Of a DNA stretch of 64,000 bases, positions 12,900-26,498 are shown piece by piece. Positions within the stretch are counted from its first letter, which is position 1. The number at the start of each line of letters is the position of its first letter. Under the pieces are notes generated by a model. The model was not told the origin of the DNA. It saw only the letters and a list, made by a program, of their open reading frames with translations, and did no database searches. Made by a program: the position numbers and the translations under genes. Source of the stretch: Octopus sinensis (Eukaryota); contig NC_043014.1 of assembly GCF_006345805.1 (NCBI RefSeq), forward strand, positions 50,592,001 through 50,656,000, written 5' to 3'.

Positions 12900-13226
12900 T
12901 ATCCGTGCACACTCGAAAGTGGAAACACGTTTCTCTGCTGAAACATTTTCGGGAGAAAATTAATGTCATTTATAGTCTACTGTGTTTTCTCCATCTTTTT
13001 CTTAACAAATAGAAAGAATTTCTCGCGGCACATTGTCCTTCCCACGTGTGACATGTGGATGAAGAGACCGGTTTACACCAACCATCTGCTGATATCTATA
13101 AAACTATCTGAAACTTTTCACCTAATCCGAAAGATACGCCGCATAGTACAACCCTGTTAAAGAAACCTCTCTTTCATTACATTAGGCACAACACAGTTCT
13201 CTAGAGGTGACACACGCATACACACT

Positions 13227-13259
<33 letters not shown>

Positions 13260-13489
13260 GCGCGCGCGAAATGACTTTTCAGTCTTCCTATATAATTCCT
13301 ATCATATTGAGTATGATATACAGGTAGAAACTTTTACAATGTTATCTAGCTTCATGACATGGGGACCAATATATAGATATAGCTACGTACCAACCTATAT
13401 AACTTCATGTCTAACTTGCTACGGATCTTTCCACCTACTTTCGTGCCTAAATATCGAAATGATTGTTACGTATATACATATACATATCT

Positions 13490-14200
<711 letters not shown>

Positions 14201-14948
14201 CTATAAATGTATTCATACGCACACACGTTCACATATACAAATGTAATAGCTATCATGCTGTATTGTTAAAACTTAATTTTTTGTATGCATGCAAATAATT
14301 TCCTACATGGCTTCTGGTTATATTCGCAAAACTAATAGTTTAGTGTAAATCTTGTTGTCGAAATATAGTTTAATATGAGAGCTAACTACGCCAAAAGTAA
14401 TAGGTGATATTTATTCATAATATTGGAAGGGATTGGGGAAGAAAAAAAAATCAAAACCGTAGCAATTTTAGTGACCCTGTTATTATTTTCGTGATACTGA
14501 AAAGAAAATTATTTCCCTGGAATATGCGAAACTCAGATTGCTTGTTAGATACTGTATGAATTATAGAAATGTTAAATACCTAAGGGCGGTTATCAGAGAA
14601 GAAAAATAAAAGTGTTTTGTGGTTGAAGATAGTGTAGAGATATGAGTTTGTTGTTGTAGATATATTTTGCAATAAACATTAAAATAAAGTTAAGTGGATG
14701 TAGCTATAACATGATTATGTCGTCATGTGATTTCGAAAGCGATCAATTATTGGCCTTTAACATTCTATTTTATGTACAACTGGTAAAATATAGTTTCCTT
14801 GCTTTCAGATTTCCAACATACATACATACATAATACATATATATATATAGGTACAATAAATTCAGGGTGAATACTTGGTAAGTATAAGCACCTGTATATG
14901 CCAGCTAGTAGCAGAGGTGAGTGGATATATGTATCATATGAAATTTAA

Positions 14949-15186
14949 AAAAAACAGAACACAAAGGATGTCGCGGTACACGTTTTTCAATCTTTATACA
15001 ACAACTTATTCTTACATCAATGTATAATCGACATAACACATGGTTTAAAGCCCTCTTCAGCCGCATTCAATTGCTACACCAAAGACTTTAAACCATCTGT
15101 TATGTCGATTATACACAGATGAAAGAATAAGTTGTTTTATAAAGCTCGAAACACGTGTACCGCGACATCCTTTGTGTTCTGTTTTT
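14949..15186. mobile_element. Foldback (arms about 100 bp, loop about 35 bp) made of inverted PLE-like ends
   Basis: aaacagaacacaaaggatgtcgcggtacacg...tggtttaaag is the reverse complement of ctttaaacca...cgtgtaccgcgacatcctttgtgttctgttt. Confidence 0.85.
14973..15064 (-). ncRNA. Type I hammerhead fold with a long stem II (3' half degenerate in this arm)
   Basis: Reverse complement: GCGG CTGAAGA GGGCTTTAAAC...GTATAAAGATT GAAAA ACGT GT A CCGC. The opposite arm supplies intact TAAAGCTC GAAAC ACGT GT A CCGC at 15140-15163. Confidence 0.6.
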
Positions 15187-15195
15187 TATTTGATT

Positions 15196-15586
15196 TTTTA
15201 CTTGTTTCAGTCATTTGACTGCGGCCATGCTGGAGCACCGCCTTTAATCGAGCAACTCGACCCCGGGACTTATTCTTTTGTAAGCCCAGTACTTATTCTA
15301 ATTTTTGCCGTACCGCTAAGTTACGGGAACATAAACACACCAGCATCGGTTGTCAAGCAATGCTAGGGGGACAAACACAGACACACAAACACACACAGAC
15401 ATATATATATATACATATATATACGACGGGCTTCTTTCAGTTTCTGTCTACCAAATCCACTCACAAGGCTTTGGTCGGCCCGAGGCTATAGTAGAAGACA
15501 CTTGCCCAAGGTGCCACGCAGTGGGACTGAATCCGGAACCATGTGGTTGGTAAACAAGCTACTTACCACGCAGCCACTCCTGCGCC
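15196..15586 (-). mobile_element. SINE family A (tRNA-derived head, internal CA/TA microsatellite), full length
   Basis: Reverse complement starts GGCGCAGGAGTGGCTGCGTGGTAAGTAGCTTG...GGTTCCGGATTCAGTCCC (Pol III A/B-box-like) and ends GACTGAAACAAGTAAAA. Confidence 0.92.
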
Positions 15587-15684
15587 TATATATATCTATA
15601 TTGATAAAAACGGTAAGATAACAAAAGAAAGAGAACTCGATATTATGCAAATAGAGGAATTTATCTGTAAATGTAATTTGTGAC

Positions 15685-15993
15685 AATTATTCGGCAGCCA
15701 TGAAAAACCTCCGAGTTACGGATGCCGAGGTGGAAATCCACGCCACCATCTCTTCGGTTATCCGTCCATCGGAAAAAACGCTATGAAAAATGACCGTTTA
15801 CCCCCTTACCTTAATTAGCGGTCATTCGAATAGCTCTTTTGTCTTATAGTGGTCAATAACACCGTGATTTCCCTTTGTATAGCGGCCAATTTTCATAGCG
15901 TTTCTCCGATGGCTGGATAACAGAAGAGATGGTGGCGTGGATTTCCACCTCGGCATCCGAAACTCGGAATTTGATCTTGGCTGCCGAATAATT
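15685..15993. mobile_element. Foldback (arms about 110 bp) of inverted PLE-like ends with hammerhead relics
   Basis: aattattcggcagcc...ggatgccgaggtggaaatccacgccaccatctcttc is the reverse complement of gaagagatggtggcgtggatttccacctcggcatcc...ggctgccgaataatt. Confidence 0.85.
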
Positions 15994-16104
15994 ATGCACA
16001 ATAATTGATCTTAAATTCTGTACGTGAAGCGACTTACATGAAGAGTGACACGCATAGATGAAACAGGCTATAAAGGTTGAAATGAACAGAACACATTTGA
16101 AATA

Positions 16105-16305
16105 ACGGTTTCAAATTTTCGCACAACGCCAACAATTTCAGGGAATAAAGTCGATTACATCGAACCAAGTGTTCAACTAGTACTTATCTTATAGAACTCG
16201 AGAGTATGAAAGACAAAGTCGACCTGGACTGAACTCGAAATCAAAAGTCACAGACACAAGGAATGCCGCTAAGCATTTAGTCCTGCGCAGTAACGATTCA
16301 GCCAA
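16105..16305 (-). mobile_element. SINE family B, diverged
   Basis: aaagtcgattacatcg...aaagtcgacct...gctaagcatttagtcc. Confidence 0.7.
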
Positions 16306-16480
16306 CTCGCAAACTCCATACGCTTGAAATAATAATAGACGTATATAATTATCGGTGACGTTTCAAATATTCATTTCATACGGCTGTTCAATAATTCATA
16401 CGTTCCATCAACAATAATGTCGACGATATTTATAAAATTATATTTTAATATTTTTGTCATACTACGATTTTATGAAAACA

Positions 16481-16876
16481 CTAGCAGTATCGCCCGGCGT
16501 TGCTCGGGTTTGTAAGGGAAATAACTATATATGCATTTTTAGAGATGTAAAGTATAATAGCCATCTCAATATGGCTAACCACAAAGGGGGGTGTTACTGT
16601 AGCTTTTTACGTTCTGAGATTTAATAATACATTTTTAGAGAGTTACTTCCCTTATATATGCCAAAAATGCATTAAAAAATGGGAAAAATTGTTGTTAAAT
16701 TTTTTTTTAAATCGTAGACTCATCGTAGACGCGCGCTAATACCCAGAATGGCTCGATATGAATCACGACTATAAGATACCCGGTTTTGGTTAAACTGCAC
16801 CGCAAAATGTGGGAGTAGTTAGGAATCTAAATCGTAGGAGACAGACAGCATACAACCTTACTTTTATATATAAAGA
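16481..16876 (-). mobile_element. Non-autonomous Helitron, complete
   Basis: 5' TCTTTATATATAAAAG; 3' GAGCAACGCCGGGCGATACTGCTAG; homologous to 12499-12899. Confidence 0.88.
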
Positions 16877-16994
16877 TTTATTGAAACAGATATAGGAGGT
16901 TAATATTCGAGAAATTACCAACAGTTTTCGGGTTCTATTCTGATCGCAGATGTGTATATACACACACAGACAAGCAGACGCATATACATATTCT

Positions 16995-17406
16995 TACTCT
17001 TTTGCTCTTTTACTTGTTGCAGTCATTTGACTGTGGCCATGCCGGAGCACCGCCGATAGTCGAGCAAATCGACCCCGGGACTCATTCTTTGTAAGACTAG
17101 TACATATTCTATCGGTCTCTTTTGCCAAACCGCTAAGTTACGGGGAAGTAAACACACCAGCATCGGTTGTCAAGTGATGCTTTGGGGGAGGGGGACAAAC
17201 ACAGACACAAACATACACACACACACATACATATATATATGTATGCGTATATCCGACAGGCTTCTTTCAGTTTCCGTCTACCAAATCCACTCACAAGGCT
17301 TCAGTTGGCCCGAGGCTATAGTAGAAGACACTTGCGCAAGGTGCCACGCAGAGGGACTGAACGCGGAACCATGTGGTTGGAAGCAAGCTTCTTACCACAC
17401 AGCCAC
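16995..17406 (-). mobile_element. SINE family A, near full length
   Basis: Same consensus as 15196-15586. Confidence 0.9.
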
Positions 17407-17549
17407 ATGTGTATGTATACGCACAGTTTTATTTACAGTAAGGTATACACTATAGCAAGTTTCTAGCGTGGCTTTAATTTAACCTGCATCATTCACTACA
17501 CAGGCCCAGACACATACATAAATTAAAATTAATATATATGTATGCGTAT

Positions 17550-17665
17550 AGTTATATCTGTATGAAAATATATATATATACATACATATATATATATGCA
17601 TATATGCACATGCATATACATTCATACCAGCACATACACACATATATAGAGAGAGGCAGAGGTAT

Positions 17666-17750
<85 letters not shown>

Positions 17751-17825
17751 GATAGATAGATAGATAGATAGACAGCGAGACAGGTAGATAGGTAGATAGA
17801 TAGAGATATACGTGTGTGTGAGTAC
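17550..17825. repeat. (TA)n/(GATA)n tract
   Basis: Direct inspection. Confidence 0.9.
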
Positions 17826-18459
17826 GTACTCTCAGTTATAGATATAATTTCCAATTGTAAAATTAGTTCCTGTGATATCGCTAAATAAAAAGAATTTTTA
17901 AAAATCTACGGTAATTCTCTTGAGATCTTATATACGGAATTAAGAAGCTTTCAGAATTTGGTAAAGCTCCATATTAGTTTTCAAAACTATGTAAAAAATT
18001 GTTCAATTTCATTTTGACGAAAGAAACCCAGGTGCCAATAACTCCCTAAGAGATGTGCAACGTAATATTTGTCACTTACACAGACTGATCAATTCTCGGA
18101 ATTGCTTCGTGTCGCCACATGTAATGTTATGAATATATATATATATATACAGAACATAGCGAATGGTGAACTCGCAGTTGAGTGAGAGTTGAATTTATCA
18201 GAGACTGTACACAGAAAGCAAACAGTTAATTTCAACATGAAAGAGGCATTTTAAATATTTAAAAACACACATCCGGTTTATATTTATTCATATGATAATG
18301 CATTTAAAATTATATATATATATATACATATATATAATTATATTTTGTTTAAAAAAAAACATTCTGTGCAACAAGCTTGTGCTATAAATTCATTTTCTAA
18401 CGAGGAAATTAGTGGGGTAATATATCAAAAACACATACACCAATTCATACATAACTACA

Positions 18460-19118
18460 TATATATATATATATAATACCTACATACACATATGTGTGTG
18501 TGTGTGTGTGCGGGGTATGAATGTATATATGCATAGTATATATATATATTATATATATATATATATATATACATATGCGTATATATGTTTAATTATTATA
18601 TAGATAATGAATAAGTTCACAGGATGTGTGACAAACACCTCTGCAGCGTGAAACTTGAAGTCATGAGAAGTAGACATTTTTAACAATAGATGATGTGTAC
18701 GTATGTATGCACACAAAAAACACACACGCACACACATATATATATATACATACACACATATACACACATATATATACACACATATATATACACATATATG
18801 TATATATAAAAATACATCATATGTGAATACGCACTAAAATTTACAGAAGAGAAATAATTATGGCAAACAATTTTTAAGTCTTTATAAATTTCTGGTTTTA
18901 TATTTTGAAAATTTTTTTCTGTCTCTTGTATTAGTAAACATCAATTCTTTCCCATTAATATACCTATCAATATAAAACAGAGTTTTTTTTTTTATACAGT
19001 AAACAAATGTCTAATATTTCTTCTTTACGTTTTCTCTTTCACATTTGTATAAGTGTGTGTGTGTGTATGTGTGTATAGAGATAAGTATACATACATACAT
19101 ACATACATACATACATAC

Positions 19119-19161
<43 letters not shown>

Positions 19162-19164
19162 AGA

Positions 19165-19196
<32 letters not shown>

Positions 19197-19292
19197 CATA
19201 CATAATACAAATATATATATGTACGTGTTTGTAACATATATTCATATATGTATATATATATATTTATTTACATATATATAGATATATATATG

Positions 19293-19344
<52 letters not shown>

Positions 19345-19974
19345 CATACATATATATAATATATATACCTACATACACATATGTGTGTGTGTGTGTGCGG
19401 GGTATGAATGTATATATGCATAGTATATATATATATTATATATATATATATATATACATATGCGTATATATGTTTAATTATTATATAGATAATGAATAAG
19501 TTCACAGGATGTGTGACAAACACCTCTGCAGCGTGAAACTTGAAGTCATGAGAAAGTAGACATTTTTAACAATAGATGATGTGTACGTATGTATGCACAC
19601 AAGAAAACACACACGCACACACATATATATATATACATACACACATATACACACATATATATACACACATATATATACACATATATGTATATATAAAAAT
19701 ACATCATATGTGAATACGCACTAAAATTTACAGAAGAGAAATAATTATGGCAAACAATTTTTAAGTCTTTATAAATTTCTGGTTTTATATTTTGAAAATT
19801 TTTTTCTGTCTCTTGTATTAGTAAACATCAATTCTTTCCCATTAATATACCTATCAATATAAAACAGAGTTTTTTTTTTTTATACAGTAAACAAATGTCT
19901 AATATTTCTTCTTTACGTTTTCTCTTTCACATTTGTATAAGTGTGTGTGTGTGTATGTGTGTATAGAGATAAGT

Positions 19975-20040
<66 letters not shown>

Positions 20041-20043
20041 AGA

Positions 20044-20075
<32 letters not shown>

Positions 20076-20171
20076 CATACATAAATACAAATATATATAT
20101 GTACGTGTTGTAACATATATTCATATATGTATATATATATATTTATTTACATATATATAGATATATATATG

Positions 20172-20223
<52 letters not shown>

Positions 20224-20225
20224 CA
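18460..20225. repeat. Near-identical direct tandem duplication, unit about 880 bp
   Basis: gcggggtatgaatg...gttcacaggatgtgtgacaaacacctctgcagcg...aatttacagaagagaaataattatggc...ctctttcacatttgtataag occurs at about 18510-19050 and again at 19395-19940; the differences are mostly homopolymer or microsatellite lengths. Confidence 0.95.
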
Positions 20226-20299
20226 TACATATATATATATATATATGCTTGAGTGTGTGTGTATATATGTGTGTATCAATGTATGTGTATGTATTTAAT

Positions 20300-20384
20300 T
20301 ATTTATTTAGTTATTAAACGGTCTTTGAAATGATAACTAAACTCAAACAAGTGAGAGAAAATTTTCCATAGGATATATATATAC

Positions 20385-20439
<55 letters not shown>

Positions 20440-20468
20440 GTATATATATATTATATATATATATATAG

Positions 20469-20553
<85 letters not shown>

Positions 20554-20554
20554 C

Positions 20555-20599
<45 letters not shown>

Positions 20600-20750
20600 A
20601 TATATATATATATATATACATATATATATACATATATATATACATATACATGTATGTATATATTAATATATCAATATATGCATATGTATATTTACACACT
20701 TATATATGTATGTATGTGCTGTAGTGTGTGCGTATGTGTTTATGCATGCC
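20300..20750. repeat. (TA)n-rich tract
   Basis: Direct inspection. Confidence 0.9.
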
Positions 20751-21228
20751 TTTGTAAGCTAGAAAAAGTGGAGACTCTAAGCAACTTTTGACATAATAAA
20801 ATTTAATAATAAATGAATTATTGATGAACCAACTAGTCATAAATAATTTTTTTTTTTTCTCGTGAACAAAACTCTAAATAATGTTATTTTCAGAATAGTG
20901 ATCTTGCAACCATTAGTTTAAAAAGAAACAACACAAAAACACGTAACCAAAAATAACTAAGGAAAACTGTATTTCATAAAATGTTTAGAGACTAAATGGC
21001 GACTCAGATAGTCGCAGAATTACGGGTTAACAAATTATGGGACTTGAGTTTAAATAAATTTTGTTGCGGTATGTGTGTGTGTGTATAGGTAAACGTAACA
21101 TATTTGCTGAGACTTCGGAGAATTGCATGATAGAATAGTTAGGTACTCTTGTCAATCTCAATTAAAACTTTAGCTGTTAATGCGTATCTATGTGAGAAAA
21201 TATTTTTTAGCCATTGTAAAGTAACCTG

Positions 21229-21875
21229 AAGGCGGCGATTTGGCAGAAACGTTAGCGTGCCGAGCGAAATACTGAGCCGTATTTCGTCTGCCTATACGTT
21301 CTGCGTTCAAATTCCGCCGAGGTGGACTTTGCGTTTCATCCTTTCAAAGCCGATAAATTAAGTACCAGTTGAGTACTAGGTTCGATGGAATCGATTGAAT
21401 CCCTTTGTCTATCCTATGTTTAGCCCCTTTATGCAATAAAGAACTAAGAAACGTTAGCACGCCGGGCAAAATGCTTAGCAGTATTTCGTCTGTCTTTACA
21501 TTCTGAGTTCAAATTCCTCGGAGGTCGACTTTGCTTTCCTTCCTTTCGGAGGTCGATAAATTAAGTAGCAGTTGCGTACTGTGGTCGATCCAATCGACTG
21601 GACCCCTCCCTCCAAATTTCGGGTCTTGTGCCTAGAGTAGAGAAAATTATAAAGAAACTGAAGGCGGTAAGCTAGCAGAAATGTTACCACGCCGGGCGAA
21701 AGGCATAGTGGTACTTCGTCTGTCTTTATGTTCTGCGTTCAAATTCCGCCGAGGTCGACTTTGCTTTTCATCTTTTCGGGGGATCAATGAATTAAGTAGC
21801 AGTTGCGTACTGTGGTCGATCCAATCGACTGGCCCCCTCCCTCCAAATTTCGGGCCTTGAATAGAAAAAGATTAT
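21229..21875 (+). mobile_element. Three SINE family B copies in tandem
   Basis: The cagaaacgttagc...gttcaaattcc...gtcgactttgc core occurs at about 21245, 21445 and 21675. Confidence 0.9.
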
Positions 21876-22291
21876 AAATTAAACTGGTGAAAGAAGTAAA
21901 TCGTTTAAATTCTGTCAATGTGAACAACTTCCGTCCTTTAGTGGTCGATATTTAAAGATATAAAGTATCTGAGGTATTGCTATATTGAGAAAAATAATCC
22001 CATACTTTTTTACCTAAAGAAAAACAAAGCTTTTTAATAAGGTCAAGATTTTAAATGTTTCGAAAAGACCACTAATTGACTTTATTTATCGGCACTGCTT
22101 ATATTATGCGTTTATAGTATAGCTTCGTGAAACCCGACCAAATTTACTCTGGGAACACAGGGACCTGACAATTAAGGGTGTCCCAATGTCTCCTAGGATT
22201 AAACGTCAAATGTCATCGTCACAAATCTTCTTCGCCTGTGTTTTCGTGCAGCAACGTGAAATAACGCATCTTCGAAGACAACTTTATCCCT

Positions 22292-22526
22292 GTAGTAAAG
22301 ATCTTTTTGTGAAAATAACATGGCATTCCTGGTTTAGGACTAATGTTTCTGTAATTTAGCCCCAGGAGACATCGTCTCCAGCTGGCTATACGACATGATC
22401 TATGTCCTTATATTATTTATCGTGTCGTATAGCCAGCTGGAGACGATGTCTCATGGGGGCTAAATTACAGCAGCATTAGTCCTAAACCAGGACTGCCATG
22501 TTATGTTGGGAAACAATCTTTACTAC
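22292..22526. mobile_element. Foldback (arms about 110 bp) carrying the three-helix motif
   Basis: ataacatggcattcctggtttaggactaatg...tttagccccaggagacatcgtctccagctggctatacgaca is the reverse complement of tgtcgtatagccagctggagacgatgtctc...cattagtcctaaaccaggactgccatgttat. Confidence 0.88.
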
Positions 22527-22559
22527 AAAGTACTGTTGCTGAATATCTCACGTTGTGAG

Positions 22560-23515
22560 ATTTTAAAATAGTAATTTTCAACTTCATCCCAGTCTTTTCA
22601 GCATCTTTGAGATATGGTTCTCCTGGGATGTTATCTTAGTGTTCCTGACTTCCTTTGTTTTATCATACCAAGAGCACCTGGAATCTCAGATATAGATTTT
22701 CTTTCAAGATTTCACATCTTTTCTGTCTCAATTTTGAGTTCTTATATTTTCTAAGCTGCCAAATTCCTTCTCAGATATATTTCTATATGTAAAACTCCTT
22801 TGTCTCCAAGTGTTTTTCCTGATTGTCATTTATAATTATGACTTGTCGATTGGGCTATCACTGATTACCGGAAAATCCCACAGAATGGTGGCATTTTTAC
22901 CTTCAACCACTGGCTCAGGATGGTGTTCGTAGCAGTGGGCAGGAGTGCTGCCAATTGTGTAGTGCTTACATATTTTCCAATGTAATTTCTGCCTTAACCT
23001 ACCGTGGTGATTTCGATATTCCTCTGATGTCAGCAAAAAATAGTCAGAAGAAAAATGATCTGTTGTTTCATCATATGTGTTACAGAATCTGTATTTTGGA
23101 TCAGCACCGTTTTTATAAACATTAACTTGGTAATTTCTAGTTAAAAAAATTGTGGTCTTGTGGTGCCTGTATGACGCCATTAGTCTCTGCTTTCACTCCC
23201 GAACTCTTCAGCTACTAATATAGTGTTTCATGGTAAACATCTGCAGAATATATTGCGCATGCTTGAGTTCCTGTTTGATTTGCTTTGCTTGGTTGGTAGC
23301 AGTAGTTTCAGGTTCTTAATTGCTGCCAAATTTAACGTCAACCGTCTTACGATTTTACAAGCTTTCTTGAAAATACTTCGCGACTATTTGCTGCATTCAT
23401 ATTCTTACACAATCTGGAGAAACCAGTCCTCTGTACTAGATAAGTACCTGTTAATTACAATAGGGGACTTTTTTAGTGCTAATTGCAAGATGCATCTTCC
23501 CCACAGCTTCTAGGT
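22560..23515 (-). mobile_element. R4/Dong-like non-LTR retrotransposon, decayed 3' part (zinc knuckle and restriction-like endonuclease region)
   Basis: LTRNYQVNVYKNGADPKYRFCNTYDETTDH...EEYRNHH...HWKICKHY...YEHHPEPVVEGKNATILWDFPVISD, and downstream PGALGMIK, fit the CRxCxxxxETxxH...ILWDF..TD...GALG pattern. Confidence 0.85.
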
Positions 23516-24934
23516 ACGTAAAGCTGTATAATAGTAAAAAATATAACTTGTAGAGAGTGAACCCTATTCCCACTTCACGGATTTTACAATTATGATATAA
23601 TGTGAAATTTGACATGATGATAAATTGTGAAAGGGAAAATACATATTTGAATAGTTTTAAACGAATTCATAAAAAAATCATAAAATAACTAGTAACGCCA
23701 TAAATCTTCGTTCTTTGTGGAGGAATCTCGCCGGTAACGAAGAAAAAGAAATCCAAATAAGAATTTTGGTGTCACTCCATTGTGAAAACAAAATGCTTGC
23801 TATACAACGGTTATCGCTCAAAACATCCGTATGAGAGTTGTCGTAGTGCTAAAAACGGATTAGGCATTATATTTACAAGACAAGAAAAAATAGAAGCCGT
23901 CGAACTTCCTTTCTAATAATCCCTAATCTACTTAATTTAATTAGTAAGGTATGTGTCTACACGAGACTATGGTAGGAGACAATTGTATGTTGCAATGTAT
24001 GGAGAAAGCCTGGAATTTCTTAATTGCAAATTTGGGTTCATATCGACACCACAGGGATATAGATTAAAAACTCTGCTAAAAATATTTGCCCCATTTCCAT
24101 CGACTCCCACCTTAATACGTTAAACAAACATTTTTAAAAAGCAACAAAGCCGAAGGGCGATGCATCCGCTAATGTCGTCAAGGGTTGACTATGATGTACG
24201 AAGTAAATGTAAAGTGGGATGTTCACAGCGAGAAGTACTTTCTGATCATAAGCCGGTTCCTTCCGTGTTTACTTTGATTTATAAGAACAAAGACCAGTAG
24301 CAAAAGTACGACAATAGATTATTTGTAACAAAACCGAATCGACTGAAATATTAAACACTTTCAAACCAACAACGATGTTTGTTTATATATTGAATGTCAA
24401 ATTTATCAGACGATTAATCAATCAACGCACTTCTTTATATCTTAGACTTCATTTGGCGATTTACCAAACTGTCTGCATTCAACTCCATTTTAATCTGATT
24501 CAGCAACTTTAAAAGAGGTTTGAATCTTAAATATATAAACAAATGTTTTTCCCCGTGCACAATGAACTGTCGCTCAGTTCAGAGCCGTCTCTGCCAGACT
24601 TATAAGAGTGTTATTTCAAGAGGGATGTAAATTTAAATACAACACCGAATCCTTTTAATGAAACTAATACATAAAATATACATCTCAGGTTTATAATCAT
24701 ATTCAACAGTTCTTCTCACATTAGTGAAGAACATCAAAATCAATCAGATTTAAATAGAGAACGACACGTTTTCTTCACCTTCTATTCAATATAATGGAAC
24801 TTAGAACATCCTATATTCTTATCAGTTTAATTTAATAACAATTCGAACTCATGTTCGGTATTGACTTAGTTTCTTGTCATCTATTTAAATTTTGGGCTGC
24901 AGAAAAAAAAGTATAAGTATGTCTATATACAGGT

Positions 24935-25390
24935 GTAATGATCTCTCTCTATGTGTGTTTGCGGCTTACTCTGACTCCTCACACACTGTCCAACCGATTT
25001 TAATGATTTTTGGCACATAGGTATATCACATGACCTGAAGATCAAATAAGGCCGGTATTTTTCGAAAACTCGATCATGCTCAGTTGGAATCGATTTACGT
25101 GAGCTCCATCGGGCGTTTTAATGGAAATTCTCATAACGATGTTATTTTTCCTGCAGCATTTCCATTTCTTCACGTGTAAAATTTCAACAAAATCGATAAA
25201 ATAGTCTCTAAGAAAATGCTTATTCAATTCATGGTCAGAGATGGGCTTAACTTCAACACGGAAAACACGCCGTGTCCAACAGATAGTTTGAAATAAATCT
25301 CTACTATATATCAAAATATTCAATTTATCGACTCCGTAACGGTGATACGTAAATTTTACCTCGACGAGATCTGAAGTAAGAGCTAATAGT
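24935..25390 (+). mobile_element. Possible non-autonomous Helitron-like element
   Basis: The 5' architecture (tctctctctatgtgtgtttgc...caaccgattttaatga) resembles 31156-31260; the 3' end is not clear. Confidence 0.35.
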
Positions 25391-25526
25391 AAATACCGCA
25401 GATAGTTTGACCGATGCTCTTACGACTTTGCACATCTAATGTTCTATAAATTAGGTGATGATTCGGCAAGGTTATTTCACTAAGACTTGTGCTTCCCAGC
25501 CACATAATTTGGAGTTTGATCTGTCT

Positions 25527-25676
25527 GCAGTGCGCAACTGGTACTTAATTTATCGACCACGAAAGGATGAAACGCAAAGTCGAACCCGGTGAATTTGAAC
25601 TCAGGACGTAGCGGCAGACGAAATACCGCTAAGCAATTTCGCCCGGTGTGCTAACGTTTCTGCCGGCTCGCTGCCT
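25527..25676 (-). mobile_element. SINE family B, 5' two-thirds
   Basis: cagtgcgcaactggtacttaatttatcgacc...gaaataccgctaag...ctaacgtttctgccggctcgctgcc. Confidence 0.85.
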
Positions 25677-26277
25677 TCCTTCATACACATTTAGAGTAAT
25701 CGTACTGAATCCTGATTAGCGTCCTCCAAATCAAACAAGTACAACATACCTAGTTACTCTTCTCTTTAGACAAGCTAGAAATAGATACAAAATTTTCCTC
25801 CGTATCGCACCTCACTGTTTAAAAAGGTGAGATGTTGCGTTTATAATATATTCAGAGATATAATTGATGAATTAAAACATGGCACATGGGATGGTCTTTG
25901 GCGGAATTCCTTTGATCATGTATCAACTGGATTAGTTGTGTCCTCGAATGAAACACTAATAAAAATAACAACACAGAGAACTATATTTTGATGGAATTTA
26001 TTTCAGAATCATAATAACGGTTTTTGAAAGACACTAACGTAATGAAATTTCATTAGAAAATTAATTGAAAAAAGAAAAACAAACAAACGAAAGAAAAAAA
26101 TTACATAATGGTGAAAAAATATGGAATTTTAAGAATTATTATTTTTGTTGCATTTTTTGGAATATATTTTTTATATTGATAATGGTATTTCACTTTAAAT
26201 CGATTAGTGGAATTAATCTATTAATTTTTCATTATTGATATGCCGTAGACGATGAAGATGGGGAGGAGAGAGACAAA

Positions 26278-26280
26278 AAG

Positions 26281-26356
<76 letters not shown>

Positions 26357-26463
26357 GATAGATAGATAGATGATAGATAGATAGATAGATAGATGATAGA
26401 TAGATAGATAGATAGATGATAGATAGATAGATAGATAGATGATAGATAGATAGATAGATAGAT

Positions 26464-26498
<35 letters not shown>

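Noticed and set aside
22455-22490. UAAUGCUGC on the minus strand resembling a twister 5' segment
   Set aside because: The P4/L4 and 3' GAG elements of twister are absent.
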